Of a DNA stretch of 64,000 nt, positions 50,753 to 60,426 are shown piece by piece. The first letter of the stretch is position 1. Each line of letters opens with the position of its first letter. The DNA lies in NCBI GenBank assembly GCA_900617105.1, contig UYFQ01000001.1, positions 2,542,001-2,606,000 on the forward strand. The letters run 5' to 3'. A model generated the notes under the pieces. The model did not search any database. It saw only the letters and a program-made list of their open reading frames with translations, and was not told the origin of the DNA. The position numbers were made by a program, and so were the translations under genes. Source of the DNA: Hydrurus foetidus. Taxonomy: Eukaryota.

Positions 50753-52087
50753 TCAGAATCTGCTGGCAGCTCCCAGCCAGGTCTTTACCTGCGCCGCCAC
50801 TGCCGGGTTTTTAAGCAAAGCCACGTGTTGGACGCCATAAGCGATCCACTGGTTTTCCGCAGCAAAGTTCAGGCAGTGATTCGGCTCATCATGTTGCCCA
50901 AGGGCGCTGCGCAATGGCACCAAGCCGTCGCCGATCAGTGCATCTCTCACAGGGCTTGCCTCAAGCGATGTCGTGGCCGCTACCGTAAAGCAATTCACGC
51001 CTTGCGGTAACGGCAGCGGCTCGCGTGAATCCGGTGAACGCACAAAGCGATCTTTGCCCAGCCAGCTGGATTCCAGCACGTGGCCGTAGCGCAAATCTGT
51101 GATGCCGCTGCTGCGGATTTGGCCAATGGCAGCGAAGGGTTTGGTCACTGCATTGCTGCCCAGTGTGGTGTCAAGCCAGTTGCCGACCCGCTCCAGCGGT
51201 GCGCCGTGGTGCGGTGTGCCTAAAAACACGATATTTTTCAACTTGCTGCGCCAGGCCATGCCTGACTGTTCGGCCACATGGCAAGCGCTGCGGCTGACCA
51301 GCCCGCCCATACTGTGCGCCAGCAAAGTGAGTTCTTCAACGGGCTGTGGCCAGGCTTGTAGCAGTTGCTCAAGCAAACCTGCAAACTGCTCGCCATTGAT
51401 GGACGTGTGCAGCCCCGTGTTGTAGTGCAGGTAAACCGGGGTGTAGCCGAGTTCGTTAGCCAAAATTTGCGCGTGGTTGTATCCACTTGAAGTCCACTGC
51501 CAATCATTCATGCACAGGCCGTGCAAGACCACCAGCAGCTTGCCCGTGGCTGGATTGGGAAATTGAGGCAGACGCTGCGCCAGCGAGGCTTTGTCCAGCA
51601 CGAGCGATTTGCCTTCATGACGCAAGCTCATCTTGATGTTCAGCGGGTTGGCCGTGGCCAGCAGCTGGTCGCCCAGCACGCCATTGATGGCTGACAGCAC
51701 GGCTTCACGCTCGGGTGACGAGGCAGGTGCGCCAAAGCGCTGGCTTATAAAGTCATTTAGCAGCGGAGCGGCTTTGACAATCGCCGCATTGACCGTGCCG
51801 CCCGCCAGCCGCGTGATGCCCCTGACGCTGCCGTAAACCAGCCCGGTGATGCCCGTTGGCTTCACGCCGCTGGCCCCAGGCGCGGCGTCTATAAACCGAG
51901 ACCCCAGCAGCCCAAACGGCGCAGCCACCGCTTTGTACACATTCCCATGCACGCTTTCAGCCAGCCCCGCCACGCCCAGCACGCCCTGCGTGGCGAGCTG
52001 GCTCAGGCCCTGAAGGTCTGACACATGCAGGTAAGTGGGCAACTTGCTGAGCTGCTTGCCCAGTGTGGGCAATGTGGGTTTAGCCAT
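50753..52087 (-). CDS. Alpha/beta hydrolase (PGAP1/lipase-like)
   Basis: LHGLCM, AHSMGG nucleophile elbow, LGTPHHGA, GDGLVP, late His. Confidence 0.85.
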   Translation of the reverse strand: MAKPTLPTLGKQLSKLPTYLHVSDLQGLSQLATQGVLGVAGLAESVHGNVYKAVAAPFGLLGSRFIDAAPGASGVKPTGITGLVYGSVRGITRLAGGTVNAAIVKAAPLLNDFISQRFGAPASSPEREAVLSAINGVLGDQLLATANPLNIKMSLRHEGKSLVLDKASLAQRLPQFPNPATGKLLVVLHGLCMNDWQWTSSGYNHAQILANELGYTPVYLHYNTGLHTSINGEQFAGLLEQLLQAWPQPVEELTLLAHSMGGLVSRSACHVAEQSGMAWRSKLKNIVFLGTPHHGAPLERVGNWLDTTLGSNAVTKPFAAIGQIRSSGITDLRYGHVLESSWLGKDRFVRSPDSREPLPLPQGVNCFTVAATTSLEASPVRDALIGDGLVPLRSALGQHDEPNHCLNFAAENQWIAYGVQHVALLKNPAVAAQVKTWLGAASRF

Positions 52088-52136
52088 CAGTTGATTGTGA
52101 CCATTTGCGGGCCGGCTGGATGAGTATCCGGTCCAT

Positions 52137-52187
52137 TACTATTAATTTAATAGCTGTTAACGCCCATAAAATTAGGGCTACAGCATT
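52137..52187 (+). repeat. Dispersed repeat copy R11
   Basis: tactattaatttaatagctgttaacgcccataaaattagggctacagc. Confidence 0.8.
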
Positions 52188-52198
52188 AAATGGCACTA

Positions 52199-52567
52199 TT
52201 AATTCACCAAATTAAGCGCGGCATGAACAATCACTGCCGCCAGCAAAGCGCAAATCACTGCAATTGCTTTGGTGCGCGTGCGGGGTTCAAACCAAAGCAG
52301 GCTTAGTGCCGCCAAAAGCACGATTCCCGGCAAACCGCCAGCAGACACCAAATCAGCTCCTGATATCGTGCGCAATGCTGCCTCCAGCGCGAAAGTGAAC
52401 ACAAACCACGCGACAAGCAAAACGCCAAACCGGCCCAGATCCTGCAGGCGCTGATCAAGCGTTTTTAATCGCTCGATTTTGTACAGTCGATAGATCACCC
52501 ATGCGCTAACGACAGGCAACGCGATCAGCACCATCAACAACGCAAATACCGCTCTGGCGTTCAACAT
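52199..52567 (-). CDS. Small hypothetical membrane protein (about 4 TM)
   Basis: Four hydrophobic segments; ATG 52567. Confidence 0.6.
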   Translation of the reverse strand: MLNARAVFALLMVLIALPVVSAWVIYRLYKIERLKTLDQRLQDLGRFGVLLVAWFVFTFALEAALRTISGADLVSAGGLPGIVLLAALSLLWFEPRTRTKAIAVICALLAAVIVHAALNLVN

Positions 52568-52626
52568 TGAGTAAGCTTTTTCTTTCTGGAGTGCGTGATG
52601 TTGACAGCGGAACATCGCCATCAAGA

Positions 52627-52677
52627 TACTATCATTTTAATAGCTGATTGCTCCCGCTTTCATTGGGCTACAGGCCA
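52627..52677 (+). repeat. Dispersed repeat copy R12
   Basis: tactatcattttaatagctgattgctcccgctttcattgggctacaggcc. Confidence 0.8.
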
Positions 52678-52704
52678 TAAACGCCCTAAAAAACCCACCA
52701 AGGA

Positions 52705-53541
52705 CTAAAAACTCTCATGCGGCATCAAATACCGCCACTGGCCTACCGGCAAGTGCCCCAAATTTACCCGGCCAATCCGCACCCGCTTCAAACCCGTCAC
52801 GTACAGGCCAACCTGCTCGCACATGCGCCTGATTTGCCGTTTTTTGCCTTCCCGCAGCACAAAGCGCAGCTGCTCCGGGTTTTGCCAGCTGACCTGCGCC
52901 ACCTTCAGCGGCTGGCCGTCCAGGCTCAGGCCGTGGCACAACAGTTTGAGCTTTTCCGGGTCGAACAATGCTTGCACATTGTTGTTTTGGCCATGCAAAT
53001 TGTCCAAACTGACCCGCACCAGGTATTCTTTTTCAATCTCAGAATCTTCACCAATCAATTGGCGCGCAACGCGTCCGTCCTGAGTGAGCACTAACAAGCC
53101 AATCGAATCAATGTCCAGCCGCCCGGCCGGTGCCAGCCCGCGCAATTGGTCAAAGCCCCAACGCATGCGGCTGTTGCATTCACCCCAGCGGTTGCCCGGC
53201 TGAACCAGTGCCACCGCCGGCTCGTGCCCATCTTCAGCCTGGCCACTGACGTAGCCCACAGGTTTGTTGATGAGAATCGTGACCTGCTGCTTTTGCTGCT
53301 GCTCGGCAGCCCGGTCAATCTCAATCCTCGCATTGGCCGCCACCGGCTGGCCCACAACCGCAGGCTGGCCATTGACGCGCACCCAGCCTTGCTCAATCCA
53401 CGCGTCTGCTTCACGCCGCGAGCACAGCCCCAGCTCGGCCATGCGCTTGTTCAGCCGAATGGTGAGCGGCGAGCCGTCAGGGTTGACTGGCTTGGGGACG
53501 CGGACGGCGGTGGGTTTGGTGGGGTTGAGAGGATGTTGCAT
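52705..53541 (-). CDS. rRNA pseudouridine synthase (RsuA/RluB/RluF family)
   Basis: S4 domain CSRREAD, GRLD catalytic motif, [10 protein letters not shown]. Confidence 0.92.
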   Translation of the reverse strand: MQHPLNPTKPTAVRVPKPVNPDGSPLTIRLNKRMAELGLCSRREADAWIEQGWVRVNGQPAVVGQPVAANARIEIDRAAEQQQKQQVTILINKPVGYVSGQAEDGHEPAVALVQPGNRWGECNSRMRWGFDQLRGLAPAGRLDIDSIGLLVLTQDGRVARQLIGEDSEIEKEYLVRVSLDNLHGQNNNVQALFDPEKLKLLCHGLSLDGQPLKVAQVSWQNPEQLRFVLREGKKRQIRRMCEQVGLYVTGLKRVRIGRVNLGHLPVGQWRYLMPHESF

Positions 53542-53542
53542 T

Positions 53543-53751
53543 TGCTATTTATTAAGTAGCTGCTCGCCCCTGTAAATATTGGGCTGCAGCGCTTTTATAT
53601 ACCTAAAACAGATTGAAATTTGGCTTTTGAGACCTTTGGGCAGTTTGCGGGTGTGTTGTTCAACCGTTTTAAGTGTTTTAACTGTTTTAATCCGGCAGTT
53701 AGAGCTGCAGCCCAATATTTACAGGGGTGAGAAGCTACTTAATTTATAGCG
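53543..53751. repeat. Inverted doublet of the dispersed repeat (R13 53543-53592, R14 53702-53751)
   Basis: taagtagctgctcgcccctgtaaatattgggctgcagc ... gctgcagcccaatatttacaggggtgagaagctactta. Confidence 0.9.
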
Positions 53752-53882
53752 TTTAGATGACAGTCCGTTTCAATACAGTTAGCTTAACAGCTGTCAATCT
53801 GAATGTGTTGGACCAGGAGCCCCGCTGCTCTCCTGCGCGCCCGGCGACAGGCGCTACCTGCCCACTCCCCACTACTTACTCC

Positions 53883-54644
53883 CTATGGCACCACCACCAA
53901 ATCCACCTCATCGAGCCGCACAAACACCAGTCCCCGCCGCACCACATCCAGCAGCCCAACCGACAAACCCTCTGCCGTGTAGCCAGCCGGTTTGTTCATA
54001 TGGGCAATGATGACGTCGCCGCCTTTGACGTGTTTGAGGCGGCCAATGATTTGACCTTGGTTAAGCGTCGCGCCTGCGTCGGCATTGACGCTAAAGCCTG
54101 CAATTTTGAAACCCATGCGGCGAATCTCGTCTGAAGCGGCCTGGTCATACACCGCTGTGGCGCTGCGGTACCAGTGCGGCGGCACACCGGTGGCGGCTTC
54201 AATGGCTCTGGCGCCTTCCAGCACCTCGCGGCGCAGGTGCAGCACATCGGGCTCGCCGGGTATGCCGTAGACGCTGCGGCCCGCGCCAATCACGGCGGGA
54301 ATGTGGTTTTCACCATGGTCTTCAATGTCAAATAAATCAAGGTGGGCTTTGATGAGCGCCATGCCGGTTTGGTTTTTCAGCAGCCATCTTTTGGTGACAA
54401 ACAGCGTGGCCGGGATGCGGTTTCGGATTAAAAAAGCCACCAAATCCGCGTCATAAGCGCCCGAGCAAGCGTCCAGCGTAAGCGCCACGCGATTGCTTTT
54501 AGATGCGTTAGGCGCAATGCGGTCGTGAATTTCTACCGGCGAGCTGTTTTTAACAGGCGGCGGCGTTTGAGCCTTTGCAGGCACCCACAACGCTGCCAGG
54601 CAGGTCGTCAAAACAAGTTGTAAAAAGCGGTTTTGATTCATCAT
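53883..54644 (-). CDS. Exported polysaccharide deacetylase (NodB/CE4-like)
   Basis: Signal peptide, VALTLDAC, ATLFVT, HGENH, VIIAHMN. Confidence 0.85.
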   Translation of the reverse strand: MMNQNRFLQLVLTTCLAALWVPAKAQTPPPVKNSSPVEIHDRIAPNASKSNRVALTLDACSGAYDADLVAFLIRNRIPATLFVTKRWLLKNQTGMALIKAHLDLFDIEDHGENHIPAVIGAGRSVYGIPGEPDVLHLRREVLEGARAIEAATGVPPHWYRSATAVYDQAASDEIRRMGFKIAGFSVNADAGATLNQGQIIGRLKHVKGGDVIIAHMNKPAGYTAEGLSVGLLDVVRRGLVFVRLDEVDLVVVP

Positions 54645-54645
54645 C

Positions 54646-54696
54646 TGCTATTTTTTAAGGAGCTGCTTGCGCCTTTAAATATTGGGCTACAGCCCT
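54646..54696 (+). repeat. Dispersed repeat copy R15 (contains the Crp/Fnr gene stop codon)
   Basis: tgctattttttaaggagctgcttgcgcctttaaatattgggctacagccc. Confidence 0.85.
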
Positions 54697-55406
54697 TTTT
54701 GGTACCCAAAAATGGTGTTTTTAAGCCCTTCAAGGTCTAAGACCCGCAGCCCGCCGTATTCCACCCGGATGGAGCCTTGGGCTTGCAGCGTTGTCAGCGC
54801 AACGTTGACTCGCTGGCGCGACAGGCCAACCAGGTAGGCCAGCTCTTGCTGCGTGATGCGCAGCACTTCTCCCACACCGGGGTACAGAGTCGGGTTGAAC
54901 AGCGCTGCCAGGCTGCGCGCCACGCGAATGTCGGGGCTGTTCATGCGGTCAATTTCTCGCGCGGCAATAAACTGGCCCAAACGTTCATTGAGCTGACTCA
55001 TGACGAAGCGGTTAAAGCCGATTGAATGATCAAGCAACCAATGAAAGGTATCGACCGGCAAGCCTGCCACCACGCTTTTGCGCAGCGCCTGTATGTTGTA
55101 GCGGTAAGGCTCGCGCTTGAGGGCTGTGCCTTCACCAAACCAGCCGCCCGGCGGCACGCCGGTGTAGGTCATGGTCATGCCCTGGTCGTTGTCGCTGCTC
55201 ATTTTGAGCAGGCCTTCCACCACCCCGAACCAAAAAGTCACTGGTCGGCCGACCCGGCACACGTAGTCGCCAGCTGCAGCGTCGCCCAGCCTCAGCTCGG
55301 CAACAGCCATTGCACGCTCATCGGGCAGCAGCAGCGCCAGCCAGGGAATACTCACCAGCTCTTGCGCGCTGGCTGAACGCTGGCGAATTTGCAGCGGTCT
55401 ATCCAT
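54687..55406 (-). CDS. Crp/Fnr-family transcriptional regulator
   Basis: cNMP-domain WFGEG; HTH ITQQELAYLVGLSRQRVN. Confidence 0.92.
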   Translation of the reverse strand: MDRPLQIRQRSASAQELVSIPWLALLLPDERAMAVAELRLGDAAAGDYVCRVGRPVTFWFGVVEGLLKMSSDNDQGMTMTYTGVPPGGWFGEGTALKREPYRYNIQALRKSVVAGLPVDTFHWLLDHSIGFNRFVMSQLNERLGQFIAAREIDRMNSPDIRVARSLAALFNPTLYPGVGEVLRITQQELAYLVGLSRQRVNVALTTLQAQGSIRVEYGGLRVLDLEGLKNTIFGYQKGL

Positions 55407-55465
55407 TCACGCCACACGAGCCGATGGAAGACAAGGGAAAGTCCGGGGGAGTATTCACCCTTGAA

Positions 55466-55483
55466 TTGTCGTCGGAATGACAA
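55466..55483. promoter_or_regulatory. Palindrome TTGTC-N8-GACAA, candidate site for the adjacent Crp/Fnr regulator
   Basis: ttgtc-gtcggaat-gacaa in the divergent intergenic region. Confidence 0.6.
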
Positions 55484-55597
55484 CTTAGCGTCAAACCAAT
55501 GCCTACTATCCATCTTAGGGCAGTAACTCATGCGGCCATTGCGCACCTAACGACATGTCCGGCAAATAAAGAAAACATTCAGCGACACGAGACAAGC

Positions 55598-57544
55598 ATG
55601 CAAACCACGTTTCCCCAACTGTTGATCAAACACGCTGCCGAACGCCCTGACGCGCCGGCTATGCGCGAGAAAGAATACGGCATTTGGCAGGCGCACAGCT
55701 GGTCGGCTTTAGCCAGATTGGTCGAACACATTGCCTGTGGCTTGCACCAGGCGGGCTTGATGCGCGGCGAGCACATGGTGGTGGTGGGCAGCAACCGGCC
55801 GCGTCTTTACGCCACCATGCTGGCCGCGCAGTCGCTCGGCGCGATTCCCATCCCTTTGTACCAAGACGCAGTGGGGACTGAATGCGTGTTCCCGATCAAC
55901 AACGCAGAAGTGCGCTTTGCTTTTGCCGAAGACCAGGAGCAGGTCGACAAGCTGCTGGAGATTCGTGCGCAGTGCCCGCAACTAGGTCACATTATTTTTG
56001 ACGAGCCGCGTGGCTTGCGCAACTATTCCGAACCAGGCTTGCAGTCTTTGAACGCACTAATTGAAACGGGCAAAACTTTTTGCAGTGTTCACACCGACTG
56101 GTACGCAAGCGAAGTCGCCAAGGCCCAGCCTAATGATGTAGCCGCCATGTTTTTTACATCTGGCACTACGGGCAACCCCAAGGGCGTGGTGCATACGCAC
56201 AGCACGTTACTAGATAGAGCCAAGGCTGGCGCGGATTTTGACAAACTTACTTCCGCCGAAGAGGTGTTGGCCTACCTGCCACCAGCTTGGATCGGACAAA
56301 ACATCTTCAGCTATGCGCAGTGGCTGGCTTGCGGCTATGTCGTCAATTGCCCGGAGAGCGCCAGCACGGTCATGATTGACTTGAAAGAAGTCGGGCCCAC
56401 CTATTACTTTGCGCCGCCAAGAGTGTTTGAAGGCATGCTGACCACGGTGATGATTCGTATGGAGGACGCCGGCACGATCAAGCGCAGCATCTTTAGTTAC
56501 TTCATGGATGTGGCTAAACGTGTGGGCCCCGACCGCATGGACGGCAAACCGATTGGCGCCGTGCAAGCTGTGTTGTATTGGATGGGCAATGTGCTGGTCT
56601 ACGGCCCGCTTCGCAACACGCTGGGCTTTAGTCGCGTTCGCGTTGCTTATACGGCCGGCGAGGCAATTGGGCCAGACCTGTTCACGTTTTACCGCTCGAT
56701 TGGTATTAATTTGAAGCAGCTTTATGGCTCAACCGAAACAGCCGTTTTTGTGTGCCTGCAGCCCGACAACGAAGCGCGTGCTGACACGGTCGGCGTGCCG
56801 ATTTCTGGCGTGCAAATCAAGGTCGCTGCCAATGGCGAAATCATGGTCAAGTCGGCAGGCCTGCTAAAGGAATACTACAAAAACCCAACGGCCACGGCTG
56901 AAGTTTTAACGGCCGACGGTTGGTACCACACCAGCGATGCAGGTTTTATCGACGCACAGGGTCACCTCAAAATCATTGACCGCGTAAAAGACGTGGGCCG
57001 CATCAAAGGTGGTGCGAACGATGGCGCTATGTTTGCGCCCAAGTATGTTGAAAACAAACTCAAGTTTTTCTCGCACATTAAAGAAGTAGTTGCCTACGGC
57101 GATGGCCGAGATCAGGCCTGCGTGTTCATCAACATCGACTTTGACGCGGTTGGCAACTGGGCCGAGCGGCGCAACCTGCCCTACGCCGGCTACACCGACC
57201 TGGCGCAAAAGCCAGAGGTGTACCAACTGATTAAAGAATGCGTTGAAAAAGTCAACGCAGATTTAAGCGTTGACACGCTGCTGGCGGGCTCGCAAGTCAG
57301 CCGCTTTTTGATTCTGCACAAAGAGCTGGATGCCGACGACGGAGAACTGACCCGCACAAACAAAGTGCGCCGCGGCTTTATCGGCGACAAGTACCAGCCG
57401 TTGATTGACGCGCTGTACAGCGGCAAAACCGAGCAATTCATTGAGACCGTAGTGAAGTTTGAAGACGGCCGCAGCGGCAGCGTGAGCGCGACATTGAAGA
57501 TTGGCGACTGCAGAACCTTTGCAGCAGTGAAGGCGGCAGCATGA
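55598..57544 (+). CDS. Long-chain acyl-CoA synthetase (AMP-binding)
   Basis: FTSGTTGNPKG, YGSTE, DRVKD, ELTRTNKVRR; start ATG 55598. Confidence 0.9.
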   Translation: MQTTFPQLLIKHAAERPDAPAMREKEYGIWQAHSWSALARLVEHIACGLHQAGLMRGEHMVVVGSNRPRLYATMLAAQSLGAIPIPLYQDAVGTECVFPINNAEVRFAFAEDQEQVDKLLEIRAQCPQLGHIIFDEPRGLRNYSEPGLQSLNALIETGKTFCSVHTDWYASEVAKAQPNDVAAMFFTSGTTGNPKGVVHTHSTLLDRAKAGADFDKLTSAEEVLAYLPPAWIGQNIFSYAQWLACGYVVNCPESASTVMIDLKEVGPTYYFAPPRVFEGMLTTVMIRMEDAGTIKRSIFSYFMDVAKRVGPDRMDGKPIGAVQAVLYWMGNVLVYGPLRNTLGFSRVRVAYTAGEAIGPDLFTFYRSIGINLKQLYGSTETAVFVCLQPDNEARADTVGVPISGVQIKVAANGEIMVKSAGLLKEYYKNPTATAEVLTADGWYHTSDAGFIDAQGHLKIIDRVKDVGRIKGGANDGAMFAPKYVENKLKFFSHIKEVVAYGDGRDQACVFINIDFDAVGNWAERRNLPYAGYTDLAQKPEVYQLIKECVEKVNADLSVDTLLAGSQVSRFLILHKELDADDGELTRTNKVRRGFIGDKYQPLIDALYSGKTEQFIETVVKFEDGRSGSVSATLKIGDCRTFAAVKAAA

Positions 57545-58335
57545 GTAAAAAGATTGGTGACGTCATCCTTGACGTGCAAAACATTTCCCTCGCATTCGGC
57601 GGTGTTAAGGCGTTGCAAGACATCTCATTCAATGTCAAAGAGCACGAGATACGCGCCATCATTGGCCCGAACGGTGCAGGTAAAAGCTCAATGCTGAACT
57701 GCATCAACGGCGTGTACCAGCCGCAGCAAGGCTCAATCACCTTTCGTGGTCAAACCTTCAAACACATGAACAGCCACCAAGTGGCGGTGATGGGCGTTGC
57801 GCGTACCTTTCAAAACCTGGCGCTGTTCAAAGGCATGAGCGTGCTGGACAACATCATGTCGGGCCGCAACCTGAAGATTAAAAGCGGTATCTTGGCGCAG
57901 GCCTTTCGCAACCCTTTTGGCATTGGCCCGGCTGAAAAAGAAGAGATCATGCACCGGGAAGCGGTGGAAAAAATAATCGACTTTTTAGAAATTCAAGCCT
58001 ACCGAAAAACCCCCGTGGGCCAGTTGCCTTACGGCCTGCAAAAACGTGTTGACCTGGGCCGCGCTCTGGCCATGGAGCCGCAAGTGCTGCTGCTGGACGA
58101 ACCCATGGCCGGCATGAACGTCGAAGAAAAGCAGGACATGTGCCGCTTTGTGCTGGACGTGAACGATGAATTTGGCACAACGGTGGTGCTGATTGAGCAC
58201 GACATGGGCGTGGTGATGGACATCTCAGACCGGGTGGTGGTGCTGGACTACGGCAAAAAAATTGGCGACGGCACACCCGACGAAGTACGTAACAACAAAG
58301 ATGTGATCAGTGCCTACCTCGGCACCAGTCATTAA
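57541..58335 (+). CDS. Liv-type ABC ATP-binding protein (LivG-like)
   Basis: GPNGAGKS, ARTFQN, LPYG, DEPMAG, IEHDM. Confidence 0.92.
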   Translation: MSKKIGDVILDVQNISLAFGGVKALQDISFNVKEHEIRAIIGPNGAGKSSMLNCINGVYQPQQGSITFRGQTFKHMNSHQVAVMGVARTFQNLALFKGMSVLDNIMSGRNLKIKSGILAQAFRNPFGIGPAEKEEIMHREAVEKIIDFLEIQAYRKTPVGQLPYGLQKRVDLGRALAMEPQVLLLDEPMAGMNVEEKQDMCRFVLDVNDEFGTTVVLIEHDMGVVMDISDRVVVLDYGKKIGDGTPDEVRNNKDVISAYLGTSH

Positions 58336-58343
58336 GGAAAATC

Positions 58344-59273
58344 ATGGGTCCCGTACTAGAAACAATTATCAGCGGACTGATGTCCGGCATGCTGTATTCC
58401 TTGGTCGCGCTGGGTTTTGTGTTGATCTACAAGGCATCAGGTGTTTTCAACTTTGCTCAGGGTGCGATGGTGCTGTTTGCCGCGTTGGCGATGGCACGTT
58501 TTTCAGAGTGGATACCCAAGTGGACGGGGCTGGAATCAAAAATTCTTGTCAACTTGATGGCCTTTGCGATTGCTTTGGTCTTCATGGTGGCAGTGGCTTG
58601 GCTGATTGAGAAATTCGTTCTTGGCAAACTCGTCAATCAGGAAGGTGTGGCGCTGCTAATGGCCACGCTGGGTATCTCATACTTTTTGGACGGGCTAGGC
58701 CAAAGCATTTTTGGCTCCAGCATTTACAAGATCGACGTGGGCATGCCGAAGGACCCGATGTTTTTGCTGGAGGGTGTTTTCCCCGGCGGCTTGCTGGTTA
58801 ACAAAGAAGACCTGGTTGCCGCAGTGATTGCAACAGCGCTGGTGGCCAGCCTGGCGGCGTTTTTTCAGTTCACCAAAACAGGTCGCGCATTGCGAGCTGT
58901 AGCTGACGACCACCAGGCCGCGCAGTCGATTGGCATCCCGCTCAACCGCATCTGGGTGATTGTGTGGTCAGTTGCTGGCTTTGTGGCGCTGGTTGCGGGC
59001 GTGATTTGGGGCAGCAAGCTGGGTGTGCAGTTTTCATTGTCTGTGCTGGCGCTCAAAGCCTTGCCACTGGTGATTTTGGGCGGCCTGACATCCGTGCCTG
59101 GCGCGATTGTGGGCGGACTGATTTTGGGCGTGGGTGAAAAGCTGGCTGAAGTGTTTATCGGGCCTTTTGTGGGCGGCGGTATTGAGATTTGGTTTGCATA
59201 TGTGCTGGCATTAGGCTTCTTACTCTTCAGACCCCAGGGTTTGTTTGGAGAGAAGATCATCGACCGTGTTTGA
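58344..59273 (+). CDS. Liv-type ABC permease (LivH-like)
   Basis: LVALGFVLIY, NFAQG, GRALRAVA, RPQGLFG. Confidence 0.92.
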   Translation: MGPVLETIISGLMSGMLYSLVALGFVLIYKASGVFNFAQGAMVLFAALAMARFSEWIPKWTGLESKILVNLMAFAIALVFMVAVAWLIEKFVLGKLVNQEGVALLMATLGISYFLDGLGQSIFGSSIYKIDVGMPKDPMFLLEGVFPGGLLVNKEDLVAAVIATALVASLAAFFQFTKTGRALRAVADDHQAAQSIGIPLNRIWVIVWSVAGFVALVAGVIWGSKLGVQFSLSVLALKALPLVILGGLTSVPGAIVGGLILGVGEKLAEVFIGPFVGGGIEIWFAYVLALGFLLFRPQGLFGEKIIDRV

Positions 59274-59282
59274 GAGCGAAAA

Positions 59283-60359
59283 ATGATTTACAGAGAAAAC
59301 GGTCAATTCAAAACCACCTACCGGTCTGACAGTCAGATCTTTCCCATCCTGCAAGACAGGATTGCAGTCGCCTTGTTTTTGATTTTTGCTTTTGCAATCG
59401 TGCCCATGCTGGCCAGCGACTATCTGTTCCGCGCGATTTTGATTCCGTTTTTAATCATTTCGCTGGCAGCCCTGGGTGTCAACATTCTGGTCGGTTACTG
59501 CGGGCAAATTTCGCTGGGTTCAGGCGCATTCATGGCCGTCGGTGCCTACGGCGCTTACAACTTTTTTGTGCGCACACCAGGTATGCCGCTGATTCCCACC
59601 ATCATTTTGGGCGGCGTGTGTGCCATGCTGTTTGGTATTTTGTTTGGCCTGCCCAGCTTGCGCGTTAAAGGCCTTTACTTAGCCGTAACGACGCTGGCAG
59701 CGCAGTTCTTTTCAGACTGGATGTTCTTGCGCATCAAGTGGTTTACCAACGACTCGCCATCGGGTTCTGTGTCGGTGTCTAACCTGCAGGTGTTCGGCAT
59801 GCCCATTGAAAGCGCCACCAGCAAGTACATTTTTTGCCTGGCGATTTTGGTGGTGGTTGCCTTGCTAGCTAAAAACCTGGTGCGCGGCGCAATTGGCCGC
59901 GAATGGATGGCCATCCGCGACATGGACGTGGCTGCGTCAGTGATTGGCATTCGCCCGATGTACGCCAAGCTCAGCGCCTTTGCAGTCAGCTCGTTCATCA
60001 TCGGTATGTCTGGTGCGCTGTGGGGCTTTGTATACCTCGGTGCTTGGGAGCCAGCGGCGTTTTCAGTAGACCAATCGTTTCGATTGTTGTTCATGGTGAT
60101 CATTGGCGGCATGGGTTCAATCTTGGGCGGCTTTTTGGGTGCGGCGTTTATCACCATGCTGCCGATTGCCTTGAACATCATGTTGCCAGTGTTGGCTGGA
60201 TGGGTCGGACTTCAAATTTCAACAGCGGGAATCGCGCATGCTGAATTGATGATTTTTGGTGCGCTGATTGTGTGGTTTTTGATTGTGGAACCGCATGGCT
60301 TGGCCAAGCTGTGGGCGGTCGGCAAGCAAAAGTTAAGGCTCTGGCCTTTTCCCCATTAG
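59283..60359 (+). CDS. Liv-type ABC permease (LivM-like)
   Basis: GQISLG, GLYLAVTTLA, GREWMAIRD, EPHGL. Confidence 0.92.
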   Translation: MIYRENGQFKTTYRSDSQIFPILQDRIAVALFLIFAFAIVPMLASDYLFRAILIPFLIISLAALGVNILVGYCGQISLGSGAFMAVGAYGAYNFFVRTPGMPLIPTIILGGVCAMLFGILFGLPSLRVKGLYLAVTTLAAQFFSDWMFLRIKWFTNDSPSGSVSVSNLQVFGMPIESATSKYIFCLAILVVVALLAKNLVRGAIGREWMAIRDMDVAASVIGIRPMYAKLSAFAVSSFIIGMSGALWGFVYLGAWEPAAFSVDQSFRLLFMVIIGGMGSILGGFLGAAFITMLPIALNIMLPVLAGWVGLQISTAGIAHAELMIFGALIVWFLIVEPHGLAKLWAVGKQKLRLWPFPH

Positions 60360-60426
60360 ATTTTTAAGATCGTTTTTGTGTCGGTTTTTCTGGTGTTCTG
60401 TTTTTCTTAACTTTTTGGAGACAACT

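Noticed and set aside
2181..54696. Dispersed repeats as a CRISPR array or integron attC sites
   Set aside because: Irregular kb-scale spacing, both orientations, no cas or intI gene, and no RYYYAAC/GTTRRRY ends.
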